DNA of 64,000 nt from Mobula hypostoma (taxonomy: Eukaryota). The notes beneath the pieces are model-generated. The model did no database searches and was not told the origin of the DNA. It saw only the letters and a program-made list of their open reading frames with translations. A program made the position numbers and the translations under genes. The DNA lies in contig NC_086108.1 in the NCBI RefSeq assembly GCF_963921235.1, forward strand, positions 87,112,001-87,176,000. Reading direction: 5' to 3'. This document shows, in pieces, positions 37,481 to 50,118 of the stretch. Numbering within the stretch: the first letter of the stretch is position 1; each line of letters opens with the position of its first letter.

Positions 37481-38218
37481 ATTGACTTCCAGTTTAAGAT
37501 GGCTCTACTGAAGTTGGGTAACAGCTTACTGATAGATCAGAAGGTAAGACATATGACTAAAAACATTACAAATTACACATTTTCTGAAGTAAATTGTGAT
37601 CAACTATCACCGCAAATAATAAAGAAGCAAGCGGAGGCGAAACTGATTCAACGTATGGGCCACGCAGGTCATTCGCAAAGCCAGAATGCAACATATTCAA
37701 GACACAGCCACAGATGGAGTTGGGATTGCTGTTGCTGGTGGAGTAAAATACTTGGACAAGGGTCAATTAGAGTTTCATTCCCCGTCCACCTAACCAAGCC
37801 TATTTGGTGAGATCGAGAATGGCCTCGGGCTTTGCAGCCCAGGTGTATCACTGTGCTGGGATCCGTGTCCTAGAGTGAAGCACTACATAATGCTTGGACA
37901 ATTTAAATGCCACCCTGGATAGACCAGAAAGCCTGAGTGCGGAGGTGAGGGTTGGACTGATTTCACTCACTCTCCCGCAACATTTATTCCTATCAACTCT
38001 GCGAGTTTCACACCAATTTTGCCCACTAATATAATGAATTTGAGTTTGAGGCTTGGGCCTACCACTCGGTTGCTCTGGGATCTAAGGCCTCGGTCTGGTT
38101 CAGAATGCTGTTGTTTGCATCTATTGCTTGCATGGTGTGCGTGTGTGTGTGTTTTTCCCCCTTCTTTCTCTGTGCAGTGGACATGGTCTTCCTTTCTTCT
38201 AAATTGGATTCTTCAGGT

Positions 38219-38710
38219 TTAGACAATAAGACGTGGGAGCAGAATTAGGCCATTCAGCCCATCGAGTCTGTTCTGCCATTCCATCATGGCTGATCCCAGA
38301 TCTCACTCAACCCCATACTCCTTTCTTCTTGCCATATCTTTTGGTGCCCTGCCCGATCAGGAAAAAATCAACTTCCACCTTAAATATATCTACAGACTTG
38401 GCCTCCACTGCTGTCTGTGGCAGAGCATTCCACAGATTTACTACTCTTTGGCTAAAAAAATTCCCCCTTACCTCTGTTCTAAAGGGTCACCCATCAATTT
38501 TGAGGCTGTGCCCTCTAGTTCTGGATACCCCCACCATAGGAAACATCCTTTCCACATTCAACCTATCTCGTCCTTTCAACATTCGGCAGGTTTCTTCTAA
38601 ATTCCAGTGAGTACAAGCCCAAAGCTGCCAAACACTCCTCATTTGTTAACCCCATCATTCCCAGAATCATCCTCATGAACATCCTCTGGACTCTGCAATA
38701 ATAACACATT
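38219..38710 (-). mobile_element. CR1 3' fragment
   Basis: Reverse complement of a CR1 C-terminus and 3' UTR, similar to 57064-57377. Confidence 0.75.
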
Positions 38711-41057
38711 CACAGTGGCGTTTGTCAGCCGAGCTTGTCGCCATCTGAGAGAAACTATCCCACTCACAAGCTAGAGTTCTTGGCGTTGAAATGGGCGGTG
38801 GAGGACAAGTTGAGTGACTACCTATACGGGGCCCAGTTTGAGGTGCGAACTGACAACAACCCCCTCACTTATATCCTGATCTCGGCAAAGCTGGACGCTA
38901 CTGGGCACCGGTGGTTAGCGGCCTTGTCTGCCTATCAGTTCAGACTGAAGTACCGCCCGGGGAGTCGGAACGTCGATGCAGATGCCCTGTCTCGTCAGGC
39001 GCACGACGAGTCGGGCACGGCTGAGGAGTGGAAGAGTGTCCCTGCCCCGGGAGTAAAGGCCGCGTGTCAAGTTAGGAGCGACGGGGAAATAGGAGCACAG
39101 ATGGGAACGGATCGGGCAGTAGATCACTGGGAGCTGACGATGAGGTGCTACCCACTATTTACTGTAATTTGACTGCTCTGAGGAACAGGCAGCTGCCGGG
39201 GTTGAGCCCCCAGGAAGTGGGGGCGGCTCAGCGTGATGACCCGAGCATTGGCACTATCTGGTACGCGGTTAGCCAGGGTGGTATGGGGCAGGTGGAGAAG
39301 GCGACGCAGGCCTCCGTTCCCCTACTACTGAAGGAGTACCCTCGGTTGAAGCTGAAGAACCACGACCTGTACCGGGTCACGTCGCCTCCGGACCACCCCC
39401 GGCGCTGGCAGCTGGTCATGCCAGAGAAGTATCGGAAGACTGTGCTCCAGGCACTACATGATGATTCCGGGCACTTAGGGGTAAAGAAGACCTATGGATT
39501 AGTCAAGGACCGGTTTTACTGACCCCGGATGAGGGGGGAGGTGGAAGAATACTGTAAGACCTGTAGCCGTTGCGTCAGGAGGAAGACCCTGTCTGCGCAG
39601 GCGGCTCCTTTGTCCCACTTGCAGAGTGCGGGGCCTATGGACCTGGTGTGTATAGATTTCCTGTCTATTGAGCCAGACACCAGCAACACCGCGAATGTCT
39701 TGGTCCTCACGGATCACTACACTAGATGTGCGCAGGCTTTTCCTACTAAGGACCAGAAAGCGACTACAGTGGCGAAGGTGTTATGGGAGAAGTACTTTGT
39801 TCATTATGGCCTTCCCTGGCGGATCCATAGTGATCAGGGATGGGACTTCGAGAGCAGGCTTATCCATGAATTACTGGGTAAGCTTGGGGTTGAGAAATCC
39901 AGGACCACCCCCTATCACCCGCAGGGTGATCCTCAACCCAAGAGGTTTAACCGGACCCTGCTAGACATGCTCGGCACTTTGGAGATCGGACAGAAGAGTA
40001 AGTGGAGTCAGCACATCGCCCATTTTTGGTTCACTGTTACAGTTGCACGCGCAATGACGCTACGGGGTACTCGCCCTACTATCTGATGTTCGGACGGGAA
40101 GCGAGGTTGCCCATTGATCTGTGTTTTGGGACTGAAGCGGGTGAAATACCTTCGAAGCCATGTCTGAAGTACGTGTCCGATATGAGGAGAGAGTTGAAAA
40201 GGGCGTACGAGTTGGCTGAGGCGGCAGCCACCAAGCAGAACCAGCGGAATAAGAAGATCAGAAAGTAAAGTTCGTCCAGCTACTGCCGGGAGACCGAGTC
40301 CTTATCCGGAATTTAGGACTACCTGGTAAGCACAAGTTGGCGGACCGTTGGGCAACCACCCCCTATGTGGTAGAGAGCCAGATGCCGAATCTCCCTGTTT
40401 ACCGGGTGAGACCCGAGGATGGGAAGGGGTCTGTTAAGGTACTCCATCGGAACCACCTATTGCCTCTGGGTCGAGAGGTGAAGATGGACCCAGAGCCCGA
40501 ATGGGAGTTTACGCCTAGTACGAGGACTCTGCGAGGGCGCTGCGAAGGAGACAGGGCCGGTCCCCACCTCGAGAAGGGATACGTCATCAGAAGATGATGA
40601 GTCGGACGTGTGGTACCTGCTTCCGTTCGGTGATTCCCCGGTGCCGGGAGAAGAGACTCCTGGCCCTTACATCACTAAGTTAGGGGAACCGAGGGAGAGT
40701 GTTGCAGAGCCGCCTGTATTACAGCCGGAATTGGGGGAGGAGAGGGTGGAACCAGAACCTGAGGCAGAGGGCTCACAGGGGCAGAGGGATCCCAGTGAGG
40801 GGGAGGGTCCGACAGATAGGCCCGGGGGGGGGGGGTCACCTGGGGTGTCTGAACAGGGAGAGTCAGCAGAGGAAGTCCAGAGGCCGCAGAGGAGTAGGCA
40901 TCCCCCGGAAAGACGAACTTATATAGCGCCGGGGGAGCAGGGTGTGATCTCTACTGCCCTGGAAAGTTATGTCACTGCTTTATGCACCTGGGTTGGGTTT
41001 TGTGTTTTACAAGGAGCACTGGTGAACTCTGTTAACATCATGAGGGCATGACTTTTT

Positions 41058-41072
41058 GTGGTGGGGGGAAAG
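41058..41072 (+). other. Polypurine tract of the Gypsy element
   Basis: GTGGTGGGGGGAAAG immediately before the LTR start TGTACGG. Confidence 0.75.
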
Positions 41073-42075
41073 TGTACGGGGTCTTTCTTTTTGTTAGAGT
41101 TAAAATGGCTTCTTTTGTTATACTGGGGAATGCTGAGAAAGTCTCTAACTAGACAGTTGCTTGGGTTATTAGAGACAGCAGGGTGCTATTAACCAATGGG
41201 TGGTCATGTATCGTTTTGTTTTTGGATACCATGTTGTATCATATGACTGGGGACGGGGTTTTGGCGGGGAGTCGGAAGAGACAGGGAGTCAGAGGAGAGA
41301 CGGGGAGGACGGTGGATGAGGTTTTTGGCGGGGAGTCGGAGGAGAGACGGGGAGGACGGCGGACGGGGTTTTTGGGGGGGAGTCGGAGGAGAGACGGGGA
41401 GGACCGAGGAGAGATGGGGAGACGGGGAGTCGGAGGAGAAACGGGGAGGACGGTGGATGAGGTTTTTGGGGGGGAGTCGGAGGAGAGACGGAGAGGACGG
41501 TGGAGAGACGGGGAGTCGGAGGAGAGACGGGGAGGACGGTGGACGGGGGTTTGGTGGGGAGTCGGAGGGGAGACGGGTAGGACGGAGGGGAGACGGGGAG
41601 GACAGTGGCTGAGGTTTATGGCGGGGAGGACGGAGGAGAGACGGGGAGACGAGGAGTCGGAGGGGAGACGAGGAGTCGGAGGGGAGACGGGGAGTCGGAA
41701 GAGAGATGGGGAGGACGGAGGACGTGCGGAGAGGCTCCGGTCGATCACTTCGGGTGGTCCCAAGCCGTGTGTCGACAGGATCCGGGTGGTCGTCAGGAAT
41801 CGATTGAGCTCCAATGGTTGCGCACGAAGAACTTGGACTTTGATAAGTGTTGGCGCCTTTTTTTTCCATTACTTCCCTTTCTGTATCGAATTTATATTAA
41901 TGTCATAGAATTAGTAATATCTATAACGTACTTGTTAAAATTTACTTGGTGTGCTGGCTGATGATTGATGTTTGGGCTTGATTCGGGTGGCAACCGACCC
42001 TGTGGGGAGCGTTGAGGCGGGTGCTGGGTGGAATTTCCCCTAGACATATATATGCCAATATAACGGAACGTTACA
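41073..42075 (+). repeat. 3' LTR (1003 bp)
   Basis: TGTACG...CGTTACA ends, downstream of the PPT, with homology to the solo LTRs at 29125 and 58526. Confidence 0.85.
41249..41725 (+). repeat. G/A-rich compound minisatellite inside the LTR
   Basis: Interleaved GGGGAGTCGGAGGAGAGAC and GGGGAGGACGGTGGA(T/C)G(A/G)GGTTTT units. Confidence 0.9.
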
Positions 42076-42199
42076 TAAGGACTGTGAGTGGTTCTGAAGT
42101 TGGATTTGGGTAGGTTGGATCATAGGCCTATTTCTTGGATGTTGAGCATTTCTTCTGTTAATGCAAGAGATCAATTCACCTCATGCAGGGTTCCCTATA

Positions 42200-42780
42200 A
42201 GTTAACTTGCAGTTTGAATCTGTGGTAAGGAAGGCAAGCACAATATTAGCGTTCATTTTGAGGGGACAAGAATAAAAAAAATATTATGGAGGCTTTATAA
42301 GGTATTTGTCAGACCGTACTTGGAGCAGTTTTGAGGCACCTTACCTAAGAAAGGATATGCTGGCATTGGAGAGCGTCCAATGAAGGTTCACAAGAACAGT
42401 TTCGGGAATGACAGGGTTAACGTATGCAGAGTGTTTGATGGCTCTAGGCCTGTACTTGCTGGAATGAGCGGGGCAACTTCATTGAAACCTATCAATATGG
42501 GAAGGCCTAGAAGAGTGAATGTGGAGAAGGTGTTTCCTATAGTTGGGGAATCTACAACCAGAGGGCACATACTCAGAATAGAAAAATGTTCCTTTAGAAC
42601 AGAGGTGAGGAGGAATTTCTTTAGCCAGAGGGTGGCGAATCTGTTGAATGAATTGCCACAGATGGCTGTGGAGGCTAAGTCATTGGGTGTACTTAAAGCA
42701 GAGGGAGATACGTTCTTGATTAGTAAGGGCATCAAAGGCTGTGGGGAGCAGTCAGGAGAATAGGGTTGAGAGGAAAATTC
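42200..42780 (+). mobile_element. CR1 3' fragment, decayed
   Basis: VFPIVGESTTRGHILRI...RRNFFSQRVANLLNELP. Confidence 0.7.
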
Positions 42781-45700
42781 ATCTTATAGCCTTCAATAAC
42801 TGGGAGAACCATCAGAGTACATGATATCCAAAGTGTGATCTTACCAATGTCATAGATAAGTGAAGAATAACATTTTTTTTGTATTCAGTTCCCCTAGCAA
42901 TCAACAATAACACTGTATTATCTTGCCAAATTATACAATCTACCTGCATACAAGTACCTTCTGAATCAAAGACTAAAATTCGCAGATTCCTTTGCATTTC
43001 AGAGCTACACAATCCTCTCCATTTAGATAATATGCTTTCTCTTTTATTTTTCCTGTCAAAATTTTCTCGCATTTTCCTATATCTTACTCCATATGCTAGG
43101 TTTTTGCCCTTTCACGTAAGCTGCCTATATCTTCCTTTTAGCTTTGTTACAACATCGTAACAACTTACATTCATATTCATCATTGTATTACCAACAAATT
43201 TAACAATTTTACCATTGGTGCCTTCATCCAAGTCACAGATAAACTAGAAAAATTAAGGCCCCAGCACCAATCTGTATGACATATCGCTCATTTTATCTTG
43301 CTATGAAGAAAACAACCAATTTATGCCTAATGTTCTGAGTCATTGAGCAGTACAGCAGAGAAACAGGCCCTTGCCCTTTAAACTCCCATCGACCTGCACC
43401 AGGACCACAGCCTTCCATACCCCTACCATCCATGTACCTATCCAAGCTTCTCTTAAATCTTGAAATCGAGCTTGCATGCACTACTTGTGCAGGTAGCTCT
43501 TCCTACGGTTAGCCAGGCAACCTTCTACTACAATTAAACTCCAAATCCCTGAGCTTTGATCTTCTACAATAAACCCTTGATACAGCACCTGTCAAATGAC
43601 TTCTGGAAATCTAAATATGGTAATTCATTAATTCTCTTTTACCCATGGCATATGTCAGCTCAAAGTCTGGCCAGACACGTTAACCAGACTTTGAGCCGCA
43701 ATATTCAGAACTATTGTGTTTTTTTGTTAACTGCTAGCAGTACTGCATTGTTTTCAGAGTAACGGCCTTTATGAACATGTAGGTTTATGCCCTGATTTAA
43801 ATGAGATACCGTATTGTTGAGGACAATGGCTAACAACTAATGGCTGAATAGGCAGATCGTTACATCAATAATGCCATTTTGGATCACAGTGCTCTAGCTT
43901 ACATCCTCCCTCAACCTGCACAGATGTTGACCACTTTCAACAACAGGAAGTTCTGCCTACTAGTAGTTCCCAAGAGAATGTCATTAATCTGAATTTAAAA
44001 ACAAAATACTCAGCAAGTCAGGCAGTATCTGCAAAGCATCACAGATAACAACCAAGGCTGATGATATTTTATCAAAATTAACTGCATTATTTTGTGCATT
44101 TCAGAGTTCTTTAAATCTGCTGAAGATTACTGTATATTTAAGTTGCATTTAAAATCAATGTAGTCGGCGTTAAAGTTAAGGGCCATGTTCAGCTTCGTAA
44201 CCACATTCAATGCAATCTTTGTCCTGTTCTAATCTTACAATTATAGCTAATGTATGGGAAAATTTTATCAAGGGCATAGACCCAATGTCCTTCATCCTCC
44301 ACTTTGATGAAGGAGACTTGCTTTGTACCATGAAGTCTCCTTAATGAATGACAGCACCATGGCACTCAGTTGCTTAACAGGTTTTTGTGCTGGTTTCAGT
44401 CCCTTCCCATTCTCTATATGGTATCTAGCCTTCAACACAGTTGAGCTCACTTTATTTGTCTTAGATTAGATTAGGTCGCTGGGCACCTGCCAATCACAGA
44501 CCACTGACCTCAGGACCTGCTGACCTCGAGGATCACCAGCCCTCATGCTCAGGGCCTGCAGACCTCAGACTCTGGATCTCCATCCTTCGGAGATCGCTGG
44601 CCTCAACCTCAGACTGCTCAAGATCTGGCTCCTTCCCCTAACTATTTACTGCCCTTGACCTCTCACTTCCTTCATCCTTGTCCAGACCCCTAACCTAACC
44701 CCCTAGCATCCCACACTATGAACTCTACAAACCAAGTCCAAGCCACGAGTTTTCCCATCTTCTTGGCCACCTTTAAAAGTACTGGGGAAAATCACTCACT
44801 TGGAATTTTAAGTGTCAAATTCTGAATCAGAAACAGCTTTAATATCACTGCTCTATATGGTACGAAATTTGTCATTTTGTGGCAGCAGTACATTGCAAAG
44901 AAATAAAATTACTATAAATGAAAAAATAATTCAATAGTGCAAAATAGAGAATAATGAAGTAATGAGAACTGGTGTGTGTGTACTCCTGGCTTCTCCTTCC
45001 TGAAGTCCATAATCAATCCCTTGGTCTTGCTGATTTTGAGCGTTAAGTTGTGGTTGCAACTCCATTCAATCAGCCAATAAATCTCACGCCGCTTCATTGC
45101 CATCTGAGATTTTACCAACAGAGCTGTCATCTGCAAATTAATAAATAGCACTTAGCCACACAGCCATGAACATAAAGAGAGTAGAGAAGTGGGCTAAGAG
45201 TGCATCCCTGAGGTATGCCTGTGTTGCTCACGTTACTTTTGATCCACCTTTTAAATATAAAATCTGAGAACTGTTAATGTCACTTGATCTTCCTTATTAT
45301 CCATGGAAAATGGTAAGTCTTGGTTTGAAAACAAGTATCCTGTTAAAGTTTGGAACTGCCTTCAAATGATATGAAAGAAAATTTGCTATAACAGTCAGTG
45401 AAAATATATGGAAGCCTGATCTTGATTGATCATTAAAACAAGAAAAGCAAATAGCAGACACACTTTGAACTGCCTTCAGCCATCTGAAGTAAAAATAAAT
45501 TACAAATATGAATCAGTTTACTGTGTCAATCTGTTGTTATAGCAACTGGGCATTCATTAGACACCAGAAAGTTAATTAGGATAGTATCTCCCAGTCAGAC
45601 TTTGCATGGCTTGTTAATTGGGCACTTTTAAAACATTTTCTATACTCTTCTAATATGCAAAACCTGTTAGTGTGTGACTGACCTATATTGTCCCAGCAGG

Positions 45701-46319
45701 TCTGAGTTCTCTAGTGAAAGTTAGTTTAATGAACTAGTGTCAACAGTCTTTGTGATTATTGCGGCAGCACACATGGAGGATCATGGGTAAGGTAATGAGT
45801 AAACTACTGAACATAAAGAAAGTCTAACATAAACATATATATTTTTGGAATACAGAGCAGATTCATCAGCATCAGTGGAAATGAAAACAAAGTTAATTGT
45901 TTAGGTTGATCGTTTTCCATCAGAATTCAATAAAGTTTCTAAGATGGACAGAGATAACTGTAGGGATCAAAAGTTCAATCTGTTCTAGAGAGACTGTAAG
46001 TGGTGTAAGGAGAATAACCTATTTGAGAGAAAAAGCATAATTACAAAAAAATGAAATGAAATGTCTGGAAATGCCAATTATCTGAAATTGTCTCAAGGGT
46101 AAATGAGTTGAGCTTCCTCCAACTCATGCAACAGTGGAGAAGGCCAAGGATAAGAAGCAAGCATGATGAGGTCATGTTTGTGAATAGAGCGGAGACATTT
46201 CTCTTCAATGAAGAGATCAAACACAGATTGAGTGACATCTTTGCAGAATGGTACGTCTGTTCCTTTCTCTTTAGTTTCTGCTTGAACTTCTGAATATTTC
46301 CAGCATGTTCGATTATTAT

Positions 46320-48400
46320 AGAAACCATAGAAAAACTACAGCACAGAATCAGGCCTTTTGGACCTTCTTGGCTGTGCCGAACCATTTTCTGCCTTGTCCC
46401 ACTGACCTGCACACGGGCCATATCCCTCCGTACACCTCCCATCCATGTATCTGTCCAATTTATTCTTAAATGTTAAAAAAGAACCTGCATTTACCACCTC
46501 GTCTGGCAGCTCATTCCATACTCCCACCACTCTCTGTGTGAAGAAGCCGCCCCTAATGTTCCCTTTAAACTTTCCCCCCCTCACCCTTAACCCATGTCCA
46601 TTGGTTTTTTTCTCCCCTTGCCTCAGTGGAAAAAGTCTGCTTGCATTCACTCTATCTATACCCATAATAATCTTATATACTTCTATCAAATCTCCCCTCA
46701 TTCTTCTACACTCCAGGGAATAAAGTCCTAACTTATTCAACCTTTCTCTGTAACTGTGTTTCTCAAGTCCTGGCAACATCCTTGTAAACCTTCTCTGCAC
46801 TCTTTCAACCTTATTAATATCCTTCCTGTAATTTGGTGACCAAAACTGAACACAATACTCCAGATTCGGCCTCACCAATGCCTTATACAACCTAATCATA
46901 ACATTCCAGCTCTTATACTCAATACTTTGATTAATAAAGGCCAATGTACCAAAAGCTCTCTTTACGACCCTATCTACCTGTGACACCATTTTTAGGGAAT
47001 TTTGTATCTGTATTCCCAGATCCCTCTGTTTACTGCACTCCTCAGTGCCTTACCATTTACCCTGTATGTTCTACCTTGGTTTGTCCTTCCAAAGTGCAAT
47101 ACCTCATACTTGTCTGTATTAAACTCCATTTGCCACTTTTCAGCCCATTTTTCCAGCTGGTCCAAGTCCCTCTGCAAGCTTTGAAAACCTTCCTCACTGT
47201 CCACTACACCTCCAATCTTTGTATCATCAGCAAATTTGCTGATCCAATTTACCACATTATCATCCAGATCATTGATATAGATGACAAATAACAATAGACC
47301 CAGCACTGATCCCTGTGGCACACCACTAGTCACAGGCCTCCACTCTGAGAAGTAATTCTCTACTACCACTCTTTGGCTTCTTCCATTGAGCCAATGTCTA
47401 ATCCAATTTACCACCTCTCCATGTATACCTAGCGACTGAATTTTCCTAACTAACCTCCCATGCGGAACCTTGTCAAAGGCCTTACTGAAGTCCATGTAGA
47501 CAATATCCACTGCCTTCCCTTCATCCACTTTCCTGGTAACCACCTCGAAAAACTCCAATAGATTAGCCAAACATGACCTACCACACACAAAGCCATGTTG
47601 ACTCTCCCTAATAAGTCCCTGTCTATCCAAATGCTTGTAGATTCTGTCTCTTAGTACTCCCTCCAATAACTTACCCACTACCGACGTCAAACTTACCGGC
47701 CTATAATTTCCCGGATTACTTTTCGATCCTTTTTTAAACAACGGAACAACATGAGCCATTCTCCAATCCTCCAGCACCTCACCCGTAGACACCAATATTT
47801 TAAATATATCTGCCAGGGCCCCTGCAATTTCAACACTAGTTTCCTTCAAGGTCCGAGGGAATACCCTGTCAGGTCCTGGGGACTTATCTACTTTAATTTG
47901 CCTCAGGATAGCAAGCACCTCCTCCTTTTCAATCTGTACAGTTTCCATGATCTCACTACTTGTTTCCCTTTATTCCATAGACTTCATGCCAATTTCCCTA
48001 GTAAATACAGACGCAAAAAAACCCATTTAAGATCACCCCCATTTCTGTTGGTTCTGCACACAGCTGACCACTCTGATCTTCAAGGGGACCAATTTTATCC
48101 CTTACAATCCTTTGACTCTTAATATACCTGTAAAAGCACTTTGGATTATCCTTCACTTTTACTGCCAAGGCAACCTCATGTCTTCTTTTAGCCCTCCTGA
48201 TTTCCTTCTTAAGTATTTTCTTGCACTTTTTATACTCCCCAAGCACCTTATTTGCTCCCTGTTTCCTATACATGTCATACAACTCTCTGTTCTTCTTTAT
48301 CAGAGTTGCAATACCCTTGAGAACCAAGGTTCCTTATTCCTATTCACTTTGCCTTTAATCCTGACAGGAACTTACAAGCTCTGCACTCTCAAAATTTCTC
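46320..48400 (-). mobile_element. 5'-truncated CR1 LINE, same subfamily as 23654-27079
   Basis: ORFs 47998-48327, 46992-47948 and 46336-46989 are nearly identical to the ORF2 peptides of the longer copy; frameshifted. Confidence 0.95.
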
Positions 48401-49254
48401 TTTTATTTATGAATAAAATTTTTCAAATAATCATTGGTGTGTTAACTGCCAAGGATTATGATACCACGATGATTAGAGAAAACATCAAAAAACATAAGAG
48501 CACAAGAAAATAAGAGTAGTAGGACATCACAAGACCCCCAGATCCTGCCCCACCATTTAATATGACCTTGACTGATTGAATCTAGATTTCATCTAATGTT
48601 CGATGTCAGTTCCCCTTAGCCCTCAATTCCTGATCTTTCAAAAAATGTATTGACTTTCTCTTTAAATACCCCAATCTCTATTTTCCACCCCCTAAATTTT
48701 CTACCCTCCAGGGCAGAGGACTCTGGAAATTCACCAGTCTTTCTGAGAAGAAGTTCCCACACAGTTGCTGCTCAGTTTTAAATGACCAACCCCTAATTTT
48801 ATACATATGTCTCTCCTTCAAGATTCTTTGATGACTGGAAACATCTTAGCATCTTCCTGTCATGTCCCCTGAGATCTTAAATGCTTCAGAAAAACCAGCC
48901 CCCCCCCTTCTTATTCTAACTCCAAACGAGACAGATCTATTTTTTAGCTATTCATCCTACAACAAACCTCTTATCCAGGAATTAGTCTGGATGGTCATTG
49001 TGGACTGCTTCCAAAATAAGGGGACCAAACCATGCACAGTGTTCCAGGTGTGACTCGACGTGAACCCCTGCACAAGTGGACTAGTTTACCGGGCGAGCAA
49101 TTCAGAGGCCTAAACTATTGATATAGGGTCACGTGTGTAAATGTCACCATAGCAGATAGGAATATAAATTCAGCCATTCAATTAAATTTTGGAACAAAGA
49201 AAAAACTACCATCAGCAATGCTGATGCAGAAATTATTGGCTGTTATAAAAGCTG

Positions 49255-49473
49255 GGGCTGGCTGATGGCGTAGTGGCATCAGCGCTGGACTTCGGAGCGA
49301 AGGCTCCCGAGTTCGAATCCAGCCGGCTACCTTGCGCGCTTTCCATCAGTGCTGGGTTGAGCGTCGAGCTAGCAACTTGGCCTCGTAAAAATAAGAAAGC
49401 CTGCTAAAAAACCACCGTCGTGACAGTGTCCCAATGACTCCACTCGGAGCTAAGTGATTTCTTCTTCTTCTTC
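49255..49473 (+). mobile_element. Young tRNA(Arg)-like SINE with RTE-like body, (TTC)n tail and 10-bp TSD
   Basis: TSD ATAAAAGCTG at 49245-49254 and 49474-49483; A-box TGGCGTAGTGG (49266-49276); B-box GTTCGAATCC (49311-49320); anticodon-like GACTTCGGA; CpG-rich. Confidence 0.85.
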
Positions 49474-49840
49474 ATAAAAGCTGATCTGGTTCACTGACAT
49501 CTATTAGTAAGGAAAATCTGTCCATCTCACCCAGTCTACCCTCAGGAGCAGGTAAAATCCAGGGCAAAATCCAGCATCTCACATAACTTATGTGTCCAGC
49601 TTTTGCTTTTCCTTTTGCCATGTATAAGAATAACTTTGCTTAAATATTTTCTGTATTATATCAGCAATCCTTACTCAGATCTTAAAGTTGCACCTGAATA
49701 AATTCTGTACCCATCTACTCCTTAAAAGATTCTTGACCTGTGAAACTAGCAACTAATATCTTTTGCTCTGTGATATAATAATACTGATTGCTGGTGACCT
49801 TCCAATGGTCTTTGGTAGTTCCAGATAAAATTAGGAGGAA

Positions 49841-50118
49841 TTATTTATTTTTAAAATTTATTTACGTACATACAACAGAGAGTACGCCACCTAGCAACCC
49901 ACAATTTAATCCTGGCCCAATCACGGGACAATTTATAATGACCAATTGACCTACCAACCAGTATGTCTTTGGAATGTGGGAGGAAATCAGAGCACGCAGA
50001 GGAAATCCACGTAGTCACAGGGAGAACCTACAAATTCCTTTCAGGCAGTGGCAGGAATTAAACCCAAGTCTCCTGTACTGTAAAGTATTGCACAAACCAC
50101 TATGCTACTGTATCACCC
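49841..50118 (-). mobile_element. V-SINE (HE1-like)
   Basis: Reverse complement matches the 2736-2991 family (ATCACGGGACAATTTA(C/T)AATGACCAATT...GTATGTCTTTGG). Confidence 0.75.

Larger units (their letters stand above)
38712..42075 (+). mobile_element. 5'-truncated Ty3/Gypsy LTR retrotransposon (RNase H-integrase-3' LTR)
   Basis: RNase H (SPSERNYPTHKLEFLALKWAV...TDNNPL...NVDADALSR), HHCC zinc finger (LHDDSGHLG...CKTCSRC), integrase core (IDFL, HSDQG, YHPQG), then PPT and TG...CA LTR. Frameshifts and stops present. Confidence 0.93.

Noticed and set aside
40608..41051. Possible extra env-like ORF before the LTR
   Set aside because: It is an acidic, Pro-rich segment ending in RRPQRSRHPPERR, typical of a frameshifted Gypsy pol tail. 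No signal peptide or convincing env features.
41183..41961. Long ORFs on both strands (up to 241 aa) and a CRISPR-like look
   Set aside because: The ORFs come from a stop-poor G/A minisatellite within an LTR. The units lack unique spacers and the context is eukaryotic.
46041..46442. Possible host exon or ORF
   Set aside because: It is made of old Penelope GIY-YIG remnants in both orientations plus a CR1 tail.
49255..49330. Functional tRNA-Arg gene
   Set aside because: The cloverleaf stems are broken, and it continues into a SINE body with a tail and TSD.
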